In this document: in pieces, positions 1 through 12,562 of the stretch
Layout of the letters: each line of letters begins with the position of its first letter
Numbering within the stretch: the first letter of the stretch is position 1
Assembly: GCA_043228905.1 (NCBI GenBank)
Contig: JBHGNT010000011.1
Coordinates: 11,160,001 to 11,224,000, forward strand
Direction: 5' to 3'
DNA: 64,000 bases
Source: Azolla caroliniana
Lineage: Eukaryota > Plantae > Polypodiophyta
Program-made: the position numbers and the translations under genes
The notes under the pieces: model-generated
Told to the model about the DNA's origin: nothing
The model's input: only the letters and a program-made list of their open reading frames with translations
The model's database searches: none

Positions 1-19
1 GAAGACCAAGACAAGACGG

Positions 20-622
20 TGTCGTGGAGAAAACCGTCCCTAGGAGAAATCAGTGGATGATATGCGTGAACCGGGCCTTACACACGGGCACATGTTTTGA
101 TAGATTTATATAAATAGTTAAGTACAGGCCGAAGAGGTAACTATCCTAGGTAGCACTAGTTCATTAAGTAGGGAATCAAGGAGAATAATAGGAATTAAAC
201 GGTCTGTAAACGACTCTCTCCTTGTGCTATAAAGGAAGAGGAAAGGGGCTTGAGTAGGGATCGCATGCTGAGGGGACGAAGTGCTGTCGGATTGGGAACT
301 GTGCTCTCTCCTCCACCATTGTTGTCGCTTCTATAAGGATTTGGGTTAGGTTGGTTGCTTCTAATGCGTGAAAGCCCCCGTGCTTCCGGTAGAGGCTCCA
401 CCACGTATTTCAGGGTGTGCGTTCATCTGTGTTTGGTTTATCACTGGCTTGCCGGTTGTAACATTGCAAGTTGTAATCTATATTGTTATTGGATTCGATT
501 CTTTCATTTTCTGTCTCTCTATGTTTTTGTGAGTCTCTCTCTTTCTCTCCCTCTCACACTCCTCAGTTCAGGGCCCCTGCGGTCCCGCCTTATTTCCTAT
601 GCGTGAGCGTAACAACACGACA
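20..622 (+). repeat. 5' LTR of Gypsy A (603 bp)
   Basis: TG...CA ends; direct repeat of 12563-13258; TATA-like TATAAAG at 228-234. Confidence 0.92.
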
Positions 623-628
623 TTAATT

Positions 629-646
629 TGGTGAACCCGACGTGAA
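629..646 (+). promoter_or_regulatory. Primer-binding site complementary to the tRNA-Trp 3' end
   Basis: TGGTGAACCCGACGTGAA is the reverse complement of ...TTCACGTCGGGTTCA-CCA, the plant cytosolic tRNA-Trp 3' end as recalled; the same 18-mer occurs in A'. Confidence 0.85.
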
Positions 647-1729
647 ATAAGGCGGCAGAGGAATAAAAAATGAGGGGATCAAAGCTCGCCGAAGCCATGG
701 CGGCAGCAGTAGATCGGATAGTAAGTGCTCACGAGGGCATGGCCGCCCTCGATAGGGTCATCAAAGCAATCGTCGGCACAATAGGACGGTTCGATGGGAA
801 GGACGCCACAAGTTATTTGGTGGCCTACCAAGCCGAGATGGTGATGAGGGAAATCCCGGAAGAAAGATGTCTGGCTGGGTTCCCTCAGGTAGCGACACCG
901 GGCATCCACGTAGAGGTGCTCGAGGTGCAGGCTGGATGCTGGACCTAGGGTGAATTTGAAGCACAGTTGCTCGACCAGTATGGGTTTGATGACACGCTTC
1001 GGTTATTGAAGTGGGATTTTATGGATTGGGTAGAGACTCCAGGAAAGGGGAGGAATGTGTCGGTGCTCCTCCGGGAGTTCGAGGAACGCTTCGCACGACT
1101 TTCGGTGCCGGACAAGACCGTACTGGACACGAGCCGTGTCCTTTTATTCGTCAAAGCTGTGGACGTGAGGGATCGGGAGCAAGTGGGTCTCCTGCTGGAG
1201 ACGGACGATGGGCCGACGACCGACTGGGCCATGGTAAAGGGGGTCTGCGGCCGTTTCGACAAAGGGTGTGACTGGGTCGACAAGAGCTCATCAGGGGCAG
1301 GAGGGGTTTCGGCGAGAAACCTCAAGGGATCCCCGCCGGCGTACAAGGAGGAAACCCGGGGTTGGCTTGAGACAGGCTCATCCAACATGGTCAAGGGGCC
1401 GTCTGGCGGAGCGGCCGTGGTGGAGCTGACGTAGATCGTACGTGAAAAAGATTATGTGCGGAAGCAATAGAAAAACGAACACAGAAAAATACGTAGGTTT
1501 AATGGAGAGCTTGAATATACATAGTACGTGGGAGAGACAGAGAGAGAACACACAGAAACTCAATTCAAAATAATACTCAATTTGTACATACACCGTGATC
1601 AGTGAGCACCTTTTATACAAGCCCTGACAATAGGGCTGACACAAGTAGTGATAGTACTTAACCAGTCATAAATGAGCCTACTATACTAACTCCCAAAATT
1701 ATTCCTTATGAGCAATATCTTCCAAACGG

Positions 1730-1746
1730 TGTCGTGAAGAAAACCG
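1730..1746 (+). repeat. 17-bp stub of a Gypsy A'-type LTR start
   Basis: TGTCGTGAAGAAAACCG is identical to the first 17 nt of the A' LTR; it follows ACGG at the point where Copia B's LTR breaks off. Confidence 0.7.
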
Positions 1747-3230
1747 GCCGGATCGACACTTCCGGCAAACTGCAGGTTATCCGGTAAGCAAAGCCCGAAG
1801 ACGAAAGCAGAGAAGGCGGATATGATGAAGGTTCCATATGCCTCTGCTGTCGGGAGATTAATGTACGCAATGGTGTGTACTCGACCAGATATTGGATACG
1901 CAGTCGGAGTGGTGAGCCGGTTTATGAGCAATCCCGACAAGGAGCACTGGAACGCGGTCAAATGGATACTCCGGTACTTGAAGGGCACTTTGGATATGTG
2001 TCTCCGATTCAGTTCCGACAAACCTCAACTTGACGGTTTTACCGATTCGGACATGTCAGCTGATGTGGATACCAGCCGGTTTACATCCGGGTATGTAATG
2101 ACATATGTAGGGGGAGCTGTTTCGTGGCAGTCGAGGCTGCAGAAGACGGTTGCGCTGTCAACCACGGAGGCGGAGTACATGGCGGCTGTGGAAGCCAACA
2201 AGGAAATATTATGGATGAAGGACTTCATCGGAGAGCTCGGTATCCGGCAAGATGAATACCGGCTCTATTGCGACAGTCAAAGTGCCATCCACCTTGCTAA
2301 GAATGTGGCCTACCATTCCCGGACGAAGCATATCCAGCGAAGGTATCACTGGATCCGGGAAAGAGTAGATGACCAGGAGTTCGCGCTCACGAAGATCCAC
2401 ACGGCCAAGAACGGGTCAGATATGCTGACCAAAGTACTGATACCAGACAAGCTGGATGCATGTCGGAAGCGGATCGGACTAGTAAGACACCCCATGCTGG
2501 AGTGAAGGGGGAGTTTGTTGGGAAACAGGTCCCTCCGGATGGGAAGTGAGAAGAATAGTGCTGATGAGTAAACTCGGCCAAGGCCGAAACCGGATGAAGA
2601 GTACCCGGCTACGGAGAACCCGGTGAGAACCGGATGTGGTGTACCCGGCAAGCGCCGGATGAGGCGTACCCGGCTACGGAAGATCCGGTGCGAACCGGAT
2701 GAGGAGTACTCGGCTACGGAAGACCCGGTGAGAACCGGATGAGGAGTACCCAGCAAGAGCCGGATGGTGAAGGCCCGGTGAGGAGTGCTCAACGGATGAA
2801 GGGACATATTTGTAAATATGTTTATGAGAGTCCATCGGGGCTATATTTGTAAATAGCCGAAAAGTCATATTAGTATAAATAGGACTTAGGGCAAACTTTG
2901 TTTATGATGATAGTTGTTGTCATTCTTGTTGGTGCAAGACTAGAGAGCACGTAACTGTGTACAGAGAGAGAGAGAGGAAGAGGTCGTTACCTCTGTTGTA
3001 ACCGCTGCTTGTGGCGAAGATCGTGAGCACGAGGTCGTTGCCTCCGTGAGCTCACTGTTGTAATCATTGTGATATAGTGATAGTTTGTAGTCTGTGGGCT
3101 GCCGTGGTTTTTTCCCTAGTTTGGGTTTTCCACGTAAACATCCGGTGTACTCTTCTCTTCTCTGTGTCGTGCGTTTCATTACCCGTTTTTGTGGCCGAGT
3201 GTTGCGCATAGGAGCGTGTAGTTCCTGTCA
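1741..3230 (+). mobile_element. 5'-truncated Copia C (Tnt1/Tork-like): RT end, RNase H, PPT and 3' LTR
   Basis: ORF 1822-2505 (VPYASAVGRLMYAMVCTRPD, SWQSRLQKTVALSTTEAEY, RTKHI); PPT GAAGGGGGAG 2504-2513; LTR TGTTGG.. 2516 to ~3230; abuts Copia B RNase H. Confidence 0.88.
2588..2800 (+). repeat. CCGG-rich ~40-bp tandem repeats in the U3 of the Copia C LTR
   Basis: Repeated AACCGGATGAGGAGTACCCGGCTACGGAAGACCCGGTGAG-like units; related units at 29840-29980 and 44095-44305. Confidence 0.85.
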
Positions 3231-6200
3231 CTGCTGAGGTTGTCGCGGTGGATGATCATTGGATCGGATACCTCCACTTGTAGATCCTTAAGTAGCCGCT
3301 TCAACCATATGGCTTCGCATGTCGCGACAACCGCTCCTCTATACTCGGCTTCGGTGCTCGACATCGCAACTATCGGCTGCTTCTTGCTACTCCACGCGAT
3401 CGTGGCACTCCCAAGAGAGAACGCGAAACCGGACGTGGATCGGCGATCGACGGTGTTTCCGGCCCAATCAACATCGATGTAACCGACCAACTGCGAGGTA
3501 GTATCGGTCCGATATAGTAGCCCCCAGTCCTTAGTGCCATTGATGTACCGGAGTACGCGTTGTGCGCAATGAAGGTGCTCCTCGGTTGGTCGCGCCATGA
3601 ACTAACTAATCACCCCGACCGGGTAGCTGAGATCTGGTCGGGTGATGGTCAAGTATATAAGGCTTCCGACTATCTGTCGGAACCTCGTCGGGTCGCATAC
3701 CTTTTCGGAATCGAGGTGAAGCTTGACGGTTCTATCCAAAGGAGTCGAGACGGACTTACAGTCGGCCATCCCAAATTTGAAGAGCATACTTAGCACGTAA
3801 TGCCGTTGGCTAATCAGTATGCCTTTGAGGGTGCGGATCACTTCGATCCCAAGGAAGTAATGAAGGTCCCCGAGATCCTTCATGTCGAATGATGTCGCAA
3901 GTTGTCCCTCTAGAGCTTTACACGCTCAATCTCACCTAGGTCGGCGCCGGTGATGACCAAGTCATCAACATAAAGTAAAATGCTAACCGGCCCGAGTCGA
4001 CCTTTCCGGATGAACAATGAGGAGTCCGATTTTGACGTCGCAAAGCCCAACCAACGCAATCGTTACGTGACCTACGCGTTCCTGGCACGCAGGGCTTGCT
4101 TTAGTCTGTAAAGGGACTTCTTCAATCGGCACACCACCGAAGTGTTCATTCTGGAGTGAAATCCGGGGGGCTGTACCATGTACACCTGTTCCTCAAGCTC
4201 ACCTTGCAGGAACGCATTCTTTACATCCATCTGATGTAAATGCCACCCCTTTGCCGCAGCTACCACGAGCAAAACACGGACGATCGTCATCTTCGCGACC
4301 GGCACAAACGTATCATCGTAGTCGATGCCGTGTTTCTGCGCGTAGCCTTTTGCTACTAACCGGGCCTTGTATCGGTTGACCGAGCCGTCAGTGTTGTACT
4401 TGACCTTGTACACCCACCTACATCCGATCGGCTTCACACCTATCGGTGTGTGAACTAGGTCCCAAGTTTCATTCTCCGCTAATGCGCGCATCTCTTGCTC
4501 CATTGCGGCGCACCAATTTGCGTCCTTTGTTGCTTCTGCGTAGCTCTCTGGCTCACGCACTTCCGCTACACGTGTCATCTACACATAGTGATGCGCCATG
4601 TACTCATTGTATCCGAACCGCACAATAGGGTTCTTCTGGTAGGTAGATCGGCGTAATTGTTCATTAGCCGATGTTCAGGCTTTCTTAGCCGACGCAGACT
4701 TCACTCTCGAAGACTCGTCATTACTTCCCTCGGAGTCGGACTAGCGTCGATCCGACTCATTCCTATCCGTGCCGTACTCCGACACCTTGTTCTTCCCTTT
4801 CTCCTTGTGCGTAAGCCGTCTCCTCGGCTTCCTGCGCAAGGAATGCACGGCCAAGTCTCCACTACTCGTTGGCTCTTCATCAGACTGGTCAAATCGACTC
4901 AGTCGTCCATTCGGTGTGCTTAACTGAAACGAAATCGGACTCTCATTGCGGGTCCCGATTTTAGGCTCATGTGGAGGCATCTCGGCCTCGCTGACCTCAT
5001 CGTCAGAACTCGGATTGGAGGTGAGGTCCAGAGTCGGAGGCAAGTACAGGACGTGGACTCGTCAAACACAATGTTGCGGCTCACGTGCAGTTGTTTGGTG
5101 CGAGGGTTATAACACTTATAACCCTTCTGCTCGTCTGAATAGCGGACCAAGATACACTTCTCCGCTTTCGCGTCCAACTTCCTCCGCTTCTCCTTCGGTA
5201 CATGCACATATGCAATGCTACCGAAAACTCTTAAGTGTCGCAGATTCGGCTTCATTCCAAAGTATAGCTCATGCGCCAACACTTTTTCTCCAATCCAATT
5301 CTGGATGTATAACGCGGTTTGTACCGCCTCGGCCCAATAGAACTTGGACAAGCTCTTTTCTTCTAGCATTGCCCGTGCCGCTTCCACAACCGACCGGTTC
5401 TTCCTCTCGGCCACACCATTTTGCTCCGGCGTGTATGTACAACAGAATTCGTGACGAATTCCCATATGTTGCAGATAACCGTTGAATTTACTGGAAAAGT
5501 ACTCTTTTCCGCCATCCGACTGCAAGCACTTGATCTTTCTTCTTGTTTCCGTTTCCACGAACCCTTTAAGGTCCTAGAAATAGTTGAAGACCTCACTCTT
5601 CTTCTCGATGAGGTAGATCCATGTGTGCCGCGTATAGTCGTCAATGAAGGAGACAAAATATTGATTCCCGCCAAGACTAACGTTCTGTGCCGGCCCCCAT
5701 ACATTAGAATGTATCAAGTCGAGCTAGTTCCGGCTCCGGTTACGCTCGTTGGGGAAAGGAAGTCGGTGTTGCTTCACTAGTCGGCAGGCTTCACAAATTT
5801 GTGCCTTTCGGCCACTAAATTTGGGCAATCCGAACACCACCTGTTTCGATTGCAGGTCCTGAAGTCATTGATAGTTGACGTGGCCTATCCGCTTGTGCCA
5901 TAAGTCGATATCCGACTCTACTTTTTGTCATTTCGCGAACATTGTGGTGCCACTATCACTAGAGTCGAGGATAAACATCCTCCTGTCCCTGCGCCCTTGT
6001 GCAATAACTCGGTCTTCTTCCTCAATGAAGCACCCGAGATGCGTGAACCAGACTTGCATCCCTTGGTCAAGGATCTACCAGACCGACACCAAATTCTTCG
6101 TGATTGTCGGGACGTGTAACACATTCATGAATTTCCCTTTCTGCCCGACATGGCCTAGAGGAACTTCACCGACATTCGTGATCGAATGCGGAGTGTCATC

Positions 6201-7280
6201 TCCGGTTGCGACTATTCCCGGTTGCATTGGTTTTTCCAAGTATGAGAACCACTCCTTGTGGCACGTCATGTGGTTTGATGTGCAGGAGGCAACGTACCAC
6301 ATCTCGTCTGACTTCGGGGTGATCTTCTTCATTGAGTTTGCTTCATGTCTCGTCATGAAGACTGACCCTTTTCCGGCTTTTCCGAATCCTTCGGCGTAGT
6401 GTGATCGCTGCCGATTTCCTTTGTCGGTCTGTCCGGAACATGATCCGGATCCGATCCTCTCCAAATCGGCACGCTTCTTCCAGCACTCACTCTCCTTGTG
6501 GCCTTTTTTGCCACAGTACCAACATTCCGCGACAGATTTCCCTTGATGGTTCTCGTCGCCTCGACTCCCCTTGTTTCCGGAGGGTCGGGAATTGCTGTCA
6601 GCATCACTTCGGTGTCTTCTTCCTAGATCCCATCGGCCGCCTCCATTGCACACCGACTCGCCTCGTTCGCCACGACCACGGGGCCTATCTACCTCAGTGT
6701 ACATCGTCTTGCTATTGACATGCGTGCTTGTTGACGCACCCGCGTGGTTCTCCTCTATAAGGAGCATCGAGTGTAAGTTGAAAAATGACGGCGTACTCTC
6801 CCATGTACACACAAAAGTTCGGAATGGTTCGAACTTCGTCGCCAGTCCCCCGAGACAAATTTGCACCATCTCAATATAGGCTAAGGAGTCGCATATCTCT
6901 TTGATCTTCGAGGTGTAATCAACCACCGACAAGTCGCGTTGTCGGAGTTGAAGCTTCCTGGTTGTGGTGCTTGAGGCGAAGATCTTCTTCAAATTTCCCC
7001 AAGCATCCTTTGGCATTTTTGCATCCCGAATATAGCTCAGGAGTTGTTCGCCCACACAAGACGCGAAGTAGTACAGTACTCTGCTCGCCGACTATTCCCA
7101 CGCCGGGAAATCTTTGTGTGTCAATTCGGGTACTGTGTCATTTGCTCCGTCGACATAGCTCTAGTAACCGTGCCCGAGCAGGTACTGGTGCATCTTGTAG
7201 GACCAAGACGCATAGTTGTTTCTGTCGAGCTTCTCGGTAGGAAGCGAGCTAGCCATGCCTCTATCCATTTTGTTTTTCAT
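3231..7280 (-). pseudogene. Copia B gag-pol (gag, CCHC knuckle, PR, INT, RT, RNase H), disrupted
   Basis: EKLDRNNYASWSYKMHQYLLGHGY; CWYCGKKGHKESEC; PEQNGVAERKNR; [20 protein letters not shown]; SSKKQPIVAMSSTEAEY. Confidence 0.92.
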
Positions 7281-7352
7281 GTTCTTCTTGGTTAGTTTTC
7301 TTTTCAAGTTATGTCGGTTGCAGAGGTTCTCAACCCTCACGCTCTGATACCA

Positions 7353-7740
7353 TGAAAAAGATTATGTTCAGAAGTAATAGAAAACCGAACACAGTAAAAT
7401 ACGCAAGTTTAATGGAGAGCTTGAATATACACAATATGTGGGAGAGACAAAGAGAGAACACACAGAAACTCAATTCAAAATAATACTCAATCTGTACATA
7501 CACCGTGCTCAGTGAGCACCTTTTATACAAGCCCTGACAATACGGCTGACACAACTACTGACAATACTTAACCACTCATAAATGAGCCTACTAGACTAAC
7601 TCCCAAAATTATTCCTTACGAGGAATATCTTCCCAACGGCCTCGCGGTTTACGCACCGATACGGCCATGTTATGCGTACCGATTTACGCACCTAGTCTAC
7701 ACACTGGGTTACGCATGAATGTTGAGCTTGTCTCTCAATA
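7353..7740 (-). repeat. 5' LTR of Copia B (388 bp)
   Basis: Matches 1443-1729 and the solo LTR at 26669-27081; adjacent to the PBS. Confidence 0.9.
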
Positions 7741-9081
7741 GTACGAGACCTCCAGATTGCACAAGCAAGGAGGGACGGCGGCGAGCATCCTCGCGACTGA
7801 AGGCCTCCGGCGGGCATCGGTGGTTGTGGTGTGACGAGTTGGTCACATCCGGAAGGACTGTGTGGACTTCGCGGAAGCAATAAGGGCTAATGTGGTATAC
7901 CTATGGAACGGGAGGGTGCATGCTAGCGAGATCAGGAGAGCCCTAGAGCTGAATATCAGATGGGGAGGGATGAAGAGACTGATGTAAGAAGCGGAGGCAC
8001 GCCACACGGAGACCATCCACTACTCGACGCCAACAGGAATTCGGGTCGGGAGTGATGAAGGCCGCGGAAGACGAAAGACTTCGGGTTCTGAACGGTGGTA
8101 CTAGAAGGCCTCGCCGACGTACGGTTGGGAAGGGAGTAAGCGGACCGTGCGGAAAGACGGGTCCAGGAGGTCACTAGGTGCAGCGATCCGGTCAAAGAAA
8201 AAACCGGCTTTGTGGAAGCCGCATGCCAGAACTACGAAGTTCCGGTAGAAGACAAGCATAGGGAAAGGCCGGAGGGGCGGGATCTTTGCAACGGTACGAG
8301 ACTCGATTCGGGCCGAAGCAGAATGACGTCGGTGCTGCCAGCACACCGGATAAAGTAAAGAAAGCTGGCTACCGGTTGAGCACCGAGATAGAAAGAACAA
8401 TGGACCTATGGAAGGTCCTTGATGAACGAATCCTCGACAATGAGGTAGAGCTGTCACTGAGGGAATTGCTCAGGATCGCCAAGAAAGAATTCCATGACTC
8501 CATTTTGGACTTGGTGAAGCAAAAAAGACTTTCGACAGAGCCAGAGCCGGAGAGGTCGGTGGAGGTGCGAATGACGCACCTAGAAGATGAGTTGGTGGAA
8601 AGCCACTATTCAAAGCTACACTGGGCAAGAGCCACTATGGAGACCCGGAGACCCCGGTTAGGATCGGGGACATCCAGGAGCCGGTGGTAGCATTAGTAAA
8701 TCACGGTTCGGAAATCAACCTGATGTCTATGGACTTCTACAAGAAAGGCAAGTGGCCGATCAACACCAACCACGGGTGGAAAATACGGGCTTCGACGCGT
8801 GCCACGGAGGAGCTACATGGGGCCTTCCCGAATGTGAGGGTGAAAATCGGTGATGTCGAGATCGACCAACACTTCTTCGTGCAGGAGACATCCTCGCATC
8901 CGGTGATACTCGGAGAACAGTACATTATGGCAACACGTATGGAGATGAAAGTGTTGGATAATTGTTCGGCGTACGCACGCGTGAAGAGCCAAGATGGACG
9001 ACACTCCATCCAATTCCTGACCGTGCAGCCGAACCATGAGCGCAATCGCGAGACCCTCGACGGCGAAAGTAGAGGGGATTT

Positions 9082-12000
9082 TTAGAGAGGTCTATCAAGG
9101 CGTGGAGCCACGATAGTCCGGACACCTTAGAGGATCTCCACACATGTGCCATAGGTCAGAAGTTTTGGTTCTCCGATAGCGGAGGTTGTACGATAGCCGG
9201 CATCATTGGCCGGGAGAAGAAATGGGCAGAGGAACGACTCAGGATACGTGGAGTCCTTGCCCCCAATGAGGAAATTAGCGGCGCCATGGAGGTGGTCTCT
9301 TCCGACGACACCCTCGGGGAAATTGGGAAGGTGATCGATGAAGGCCTTAGTGAAGACTGGATGATTCCGGTTAACTTAGTGGAAATGTACGGAGTCATTA
9401 CTGACTTCGGGGAAAGGCTCAAGTCGGATCGGATGGCCTGCGTGCATACGAGGTACAAGACTGTGGACCAGAAGGTGAGCCCAGTCGCGGCACCCTTGCC
9501 GGAGGGCAGCGGGTTACAGATGAAAGGGGTCACGTCGGACCGAAGTCTACGGGATCCGGCTGGCATAAGACACCGGTTCACTAACACAACGCTACGAGAG
9601 CTCAAGGTTGGTGGGGGTGGCTTTCTACTGCCGACGGAGGAGGAACTGTTTCGGAGAATGCTCGAGAGGCACGGAAAGTACTTCGCATTCTCGCTTAGAG
9701 AGATTGGGTGCGTGGACCCGACGGTCGTTCAGTCGATGGTTATTTTTACGATACTGCATGTGCCGTGAAATCTCAAACCTATTCCAGTTCCCATGACTCA
9801 CATCCCAAAGTTGATGGAGCTACTAAAGTAGAAGGTGGAGATGGAGATCCTCGAACTGTCGAGTGCCCCATACTCGAATCAGTGGTTTACTGTGCCGTTG
9901 TGCTTCATTAAGGACCTGTAACCGGTCAATAAAGTGACCATTCGGAACGCAGGAGTTGGACCGACGATCGACGAGTTTGTAGAGGCCTTACCCGGGAGGT
10001 CGATCTATTCGGTCGGGGATCTATACTCAGGGTATGACTAATTCCAACTAGCCGAGGAGAGCAGGGATGTCACGACGATGCTGACACCTCTCGGATTAGT
10101 GCGGATGTGTACCCTGCCACAGGGAGGGACAAACTTAGTGGCACACATGGTAAATGCGATTAACAAGGTGCTGAGGGACTGCATCCCAAACATCACCATG
10201 CCGTTTCTGGACGATATACCGATAAAGGGGTGCCCATTGGAGGATAAGGATGAAACGGTTGGGCCAGAAGGATGCCGAAGATTCGTGGCCCACCACATTG
10301 ACGACTGCAAGAAGGTATTGCAAATGCTAGGGTGTGCACGGCTCACCCTCTCCGGAGAGAAGTCGGCTTTCGGGCAACCAGAGATCCTTGTGGTCGGTCA
10401 CCTGTGCGGGCCTTACGGCCGGAAACCGTCTCCGGCAAAGGTAGAGGCCATCTCCGCGATGAAGGAGGAATGCAAGTCGGTTACGGAGGTGCGGAGGTTC
10501 CTGGGGGCATGCACGTTCTATCACATTTGGATCCCACACTACGCATACATCGCGGAACCGCTCTACGGATTGCTTAAAAATGGTCAAAAATTCGAATGGA
10601 GTGATGAACATACGGAATCAATCCGGAGATTAAAAGAGGCACTTACCGCGGCACCAGCTCTCTGGAAGGCGGTCTACGGCAAGAGGGTTCCCGTCTACGT
10701 AACCGTAGACACAAGCCCGACCGAGATCGGATGGGTGCTCAATTAGGAGTATGAGAGCGGCGTGCGGTTCCCGATCCAGTTCGGGGCGAAGGTATTGAGT
10801 GAGCGATAGCGAGGATACGTCCAGGTCAAGCGAGAAATGTGGGGTATCGTTTCGGCAGTCAAGGCCGACAAGGACTATCTAATCGGGACGGAAGTAATAA
10901 TCGAAACAGACTGCATACCAATTCTCGGTATTTTTTCCGGATGCGCGACTCCGGACTTGGCAATGGTCAAGTGGATCGCATACATCAAGTCTCTAAATCC
11001 GGAGATACATCACATCTCCAGTAAGGACAACACCATGGCCGATATGCTTTCAAGGGCACGGTTTGATGACGAAGAGGACATGGTTTCGAAGAACGAAGAA
11101 GTTGGTGAGGACTTCTTCGAGTTGGCTTGCATAGCGGCAAAGGCTGGGAGCACTCCGGTGCTTAACGAGTTCAACGAGAGCAGGTATGATGGGGAGTGGC
11201 TCCTGGTCGGTGGGTTCCTGAAGACGATAACGCCAGGAGCGGCATGGATGAGGGATGACGCTAACCGGATCCGGAAGAAAGCATACCGGTTCTTCCTGCA
11301 AGACGGAAGCATATGGAAGCACCCGAAGAAGCGAGACGGAGTCCCACTCCGGGTGGTGGCAAGGAAGGAAGAGCAAGAAGCATTGCTAACGGCGTATCAC
11401 GAGAGTCCTTGGGCGGGGCACCGAGGGACATGGGCCACGTTCGAGAAGCTGAAGGAGAAGTACTGGTGAGCGGGACTATACCGGGACGTGCATCGGTTCG
11501 TAACGACTTGCGAAAGCTGTCAGATGCATTCCATAGTTAGACCGACCGTCCACTTCAAGTGGATGGTGGATCTAGTAACGATGCCGATGGGGATAGGGCA
11601 GATGAGGTACTTGGTGCTGGCGCAAGAAGACTTGACGAACCAAGTGGAGGGCTGCGGACTACAGAATAAGATGACTGCAGCGGTGTGCCGATTCCTGATT
11701 GAGGAGGTGGTGAACCAGTACGAGTGCGTAGGGAAGATCGTGGCAGATCGAGGGGAGCTGGACGCGTAGGAAGCCGAAGAGTTGTTCGACCGGCTAGGGG
11801 TCAAGCTCTCCCTCACTACGGTGTACAACCCGGAGGCAAATGAGAAGGTTGAACGTGGACACGGGCCAATCATAAAGGCGTTGGTATGGGCCTGCGGAGG
11901 CCAAGTCGGGAATTGGTCGTGGTTCCTACCCTACGCATTATGGGGAGACCGAACTACAAACAGTTCAGTAACCGGGTTCATGCACACGGAGCTAATGTAC

Positions 12001-12489
12001 GAGTAGAAGTCGGCCATGCGGATGGAACAAATGATCTCCTCATGGGCCGCGGTGGGCTGGAGAGATGAGATGAGTCGGGAGGAGCTGCTAGCGGCGCAAA
12101 TCCAACAGTTCGAGCGAAGACCGGAGGATTTAGAACGGGCGACGGCAAGGAAAAAGAACAAGGGGCGATTCGACCAGACTCACCGACTACGACCAAAGAA
12201 AATCGAGGAAGGTGATTGGGTTCTGGTCCTTGACAACAACCTCGACAACCAGCACAAGGCGATACGGAAGTTTGCGAGGAGGTGTTTCGGGCCTTACGCG
12301 GTGACAAGCACCAATGACAACGACACCTACCACCTCGCAGAAATCGACGGAATGAGGATAGTTGTGCCAGTGGCCAGGAAGAGGATCAAGGCGTTCAAGA
12401 AGTGGCACAAGGACGAACCGGACCCAGAGGGTATGGATGGCAACGACAACCGGTTCGGGGCAGGTGACGAACCGGAGAACGAAAGATAA
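9082..12489 (+). pseudogene. Gypsy A pol (RT-RNase H-integrase), in the -1 frame relative to gag-PR, many nonsense mutations
   Basis: LPQGGTNLVAH, PFLDDIPIKG, TVDTSPT, HESPWAGHRG, YNPEANEKVERGH, FGPY; colinear with A' pol. Confidence 0.92.
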
Positions 12490-12562
12490 TCGCGGGCCGG
12501 TCTTCTCTAGTGGAAGTCTATTTTGGCGCATACCTGAGGATGCGCGGTTAGGTGGGGGCGGA

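Larger units (their letters stand above)
1443..7740 (-). mobile_element. Ty1/Copia retrotransposon B inserted in Gypsy A gag
   Basis: Perfect 5-bp TSD GTACG (1438-1442/7741-7745); 5' LTR 7353-7740; tRNA-iMet PBS TGGTATCAGAGC at 7341-7352; truncated 3' LTR 1443-1729. Confidence 0.92.
670..9085 (+). pseudogene. Gypsy A gag-protease ORF (split 670-1442 / 7741-9085, with stops and frameshifts)
   Basis: Colinear with the intact A' ORF (MRGSxLAEAMA...); protease motif VALVNHGSEINLMS (D>N); ends ESRGDF*. Confidence 0.88.

Noticed and set aside
2561-2590. Hammerhead-like CTGATGA...GGCCGAAAC in the Copia C LTR (retrozyme?)
   Set aside because: Stem II does not close at the G after CTGATGA, and no stem I/III with an NUH cleavage site could be built; it looks like a degenerate copy of the adjacent repeat unit.
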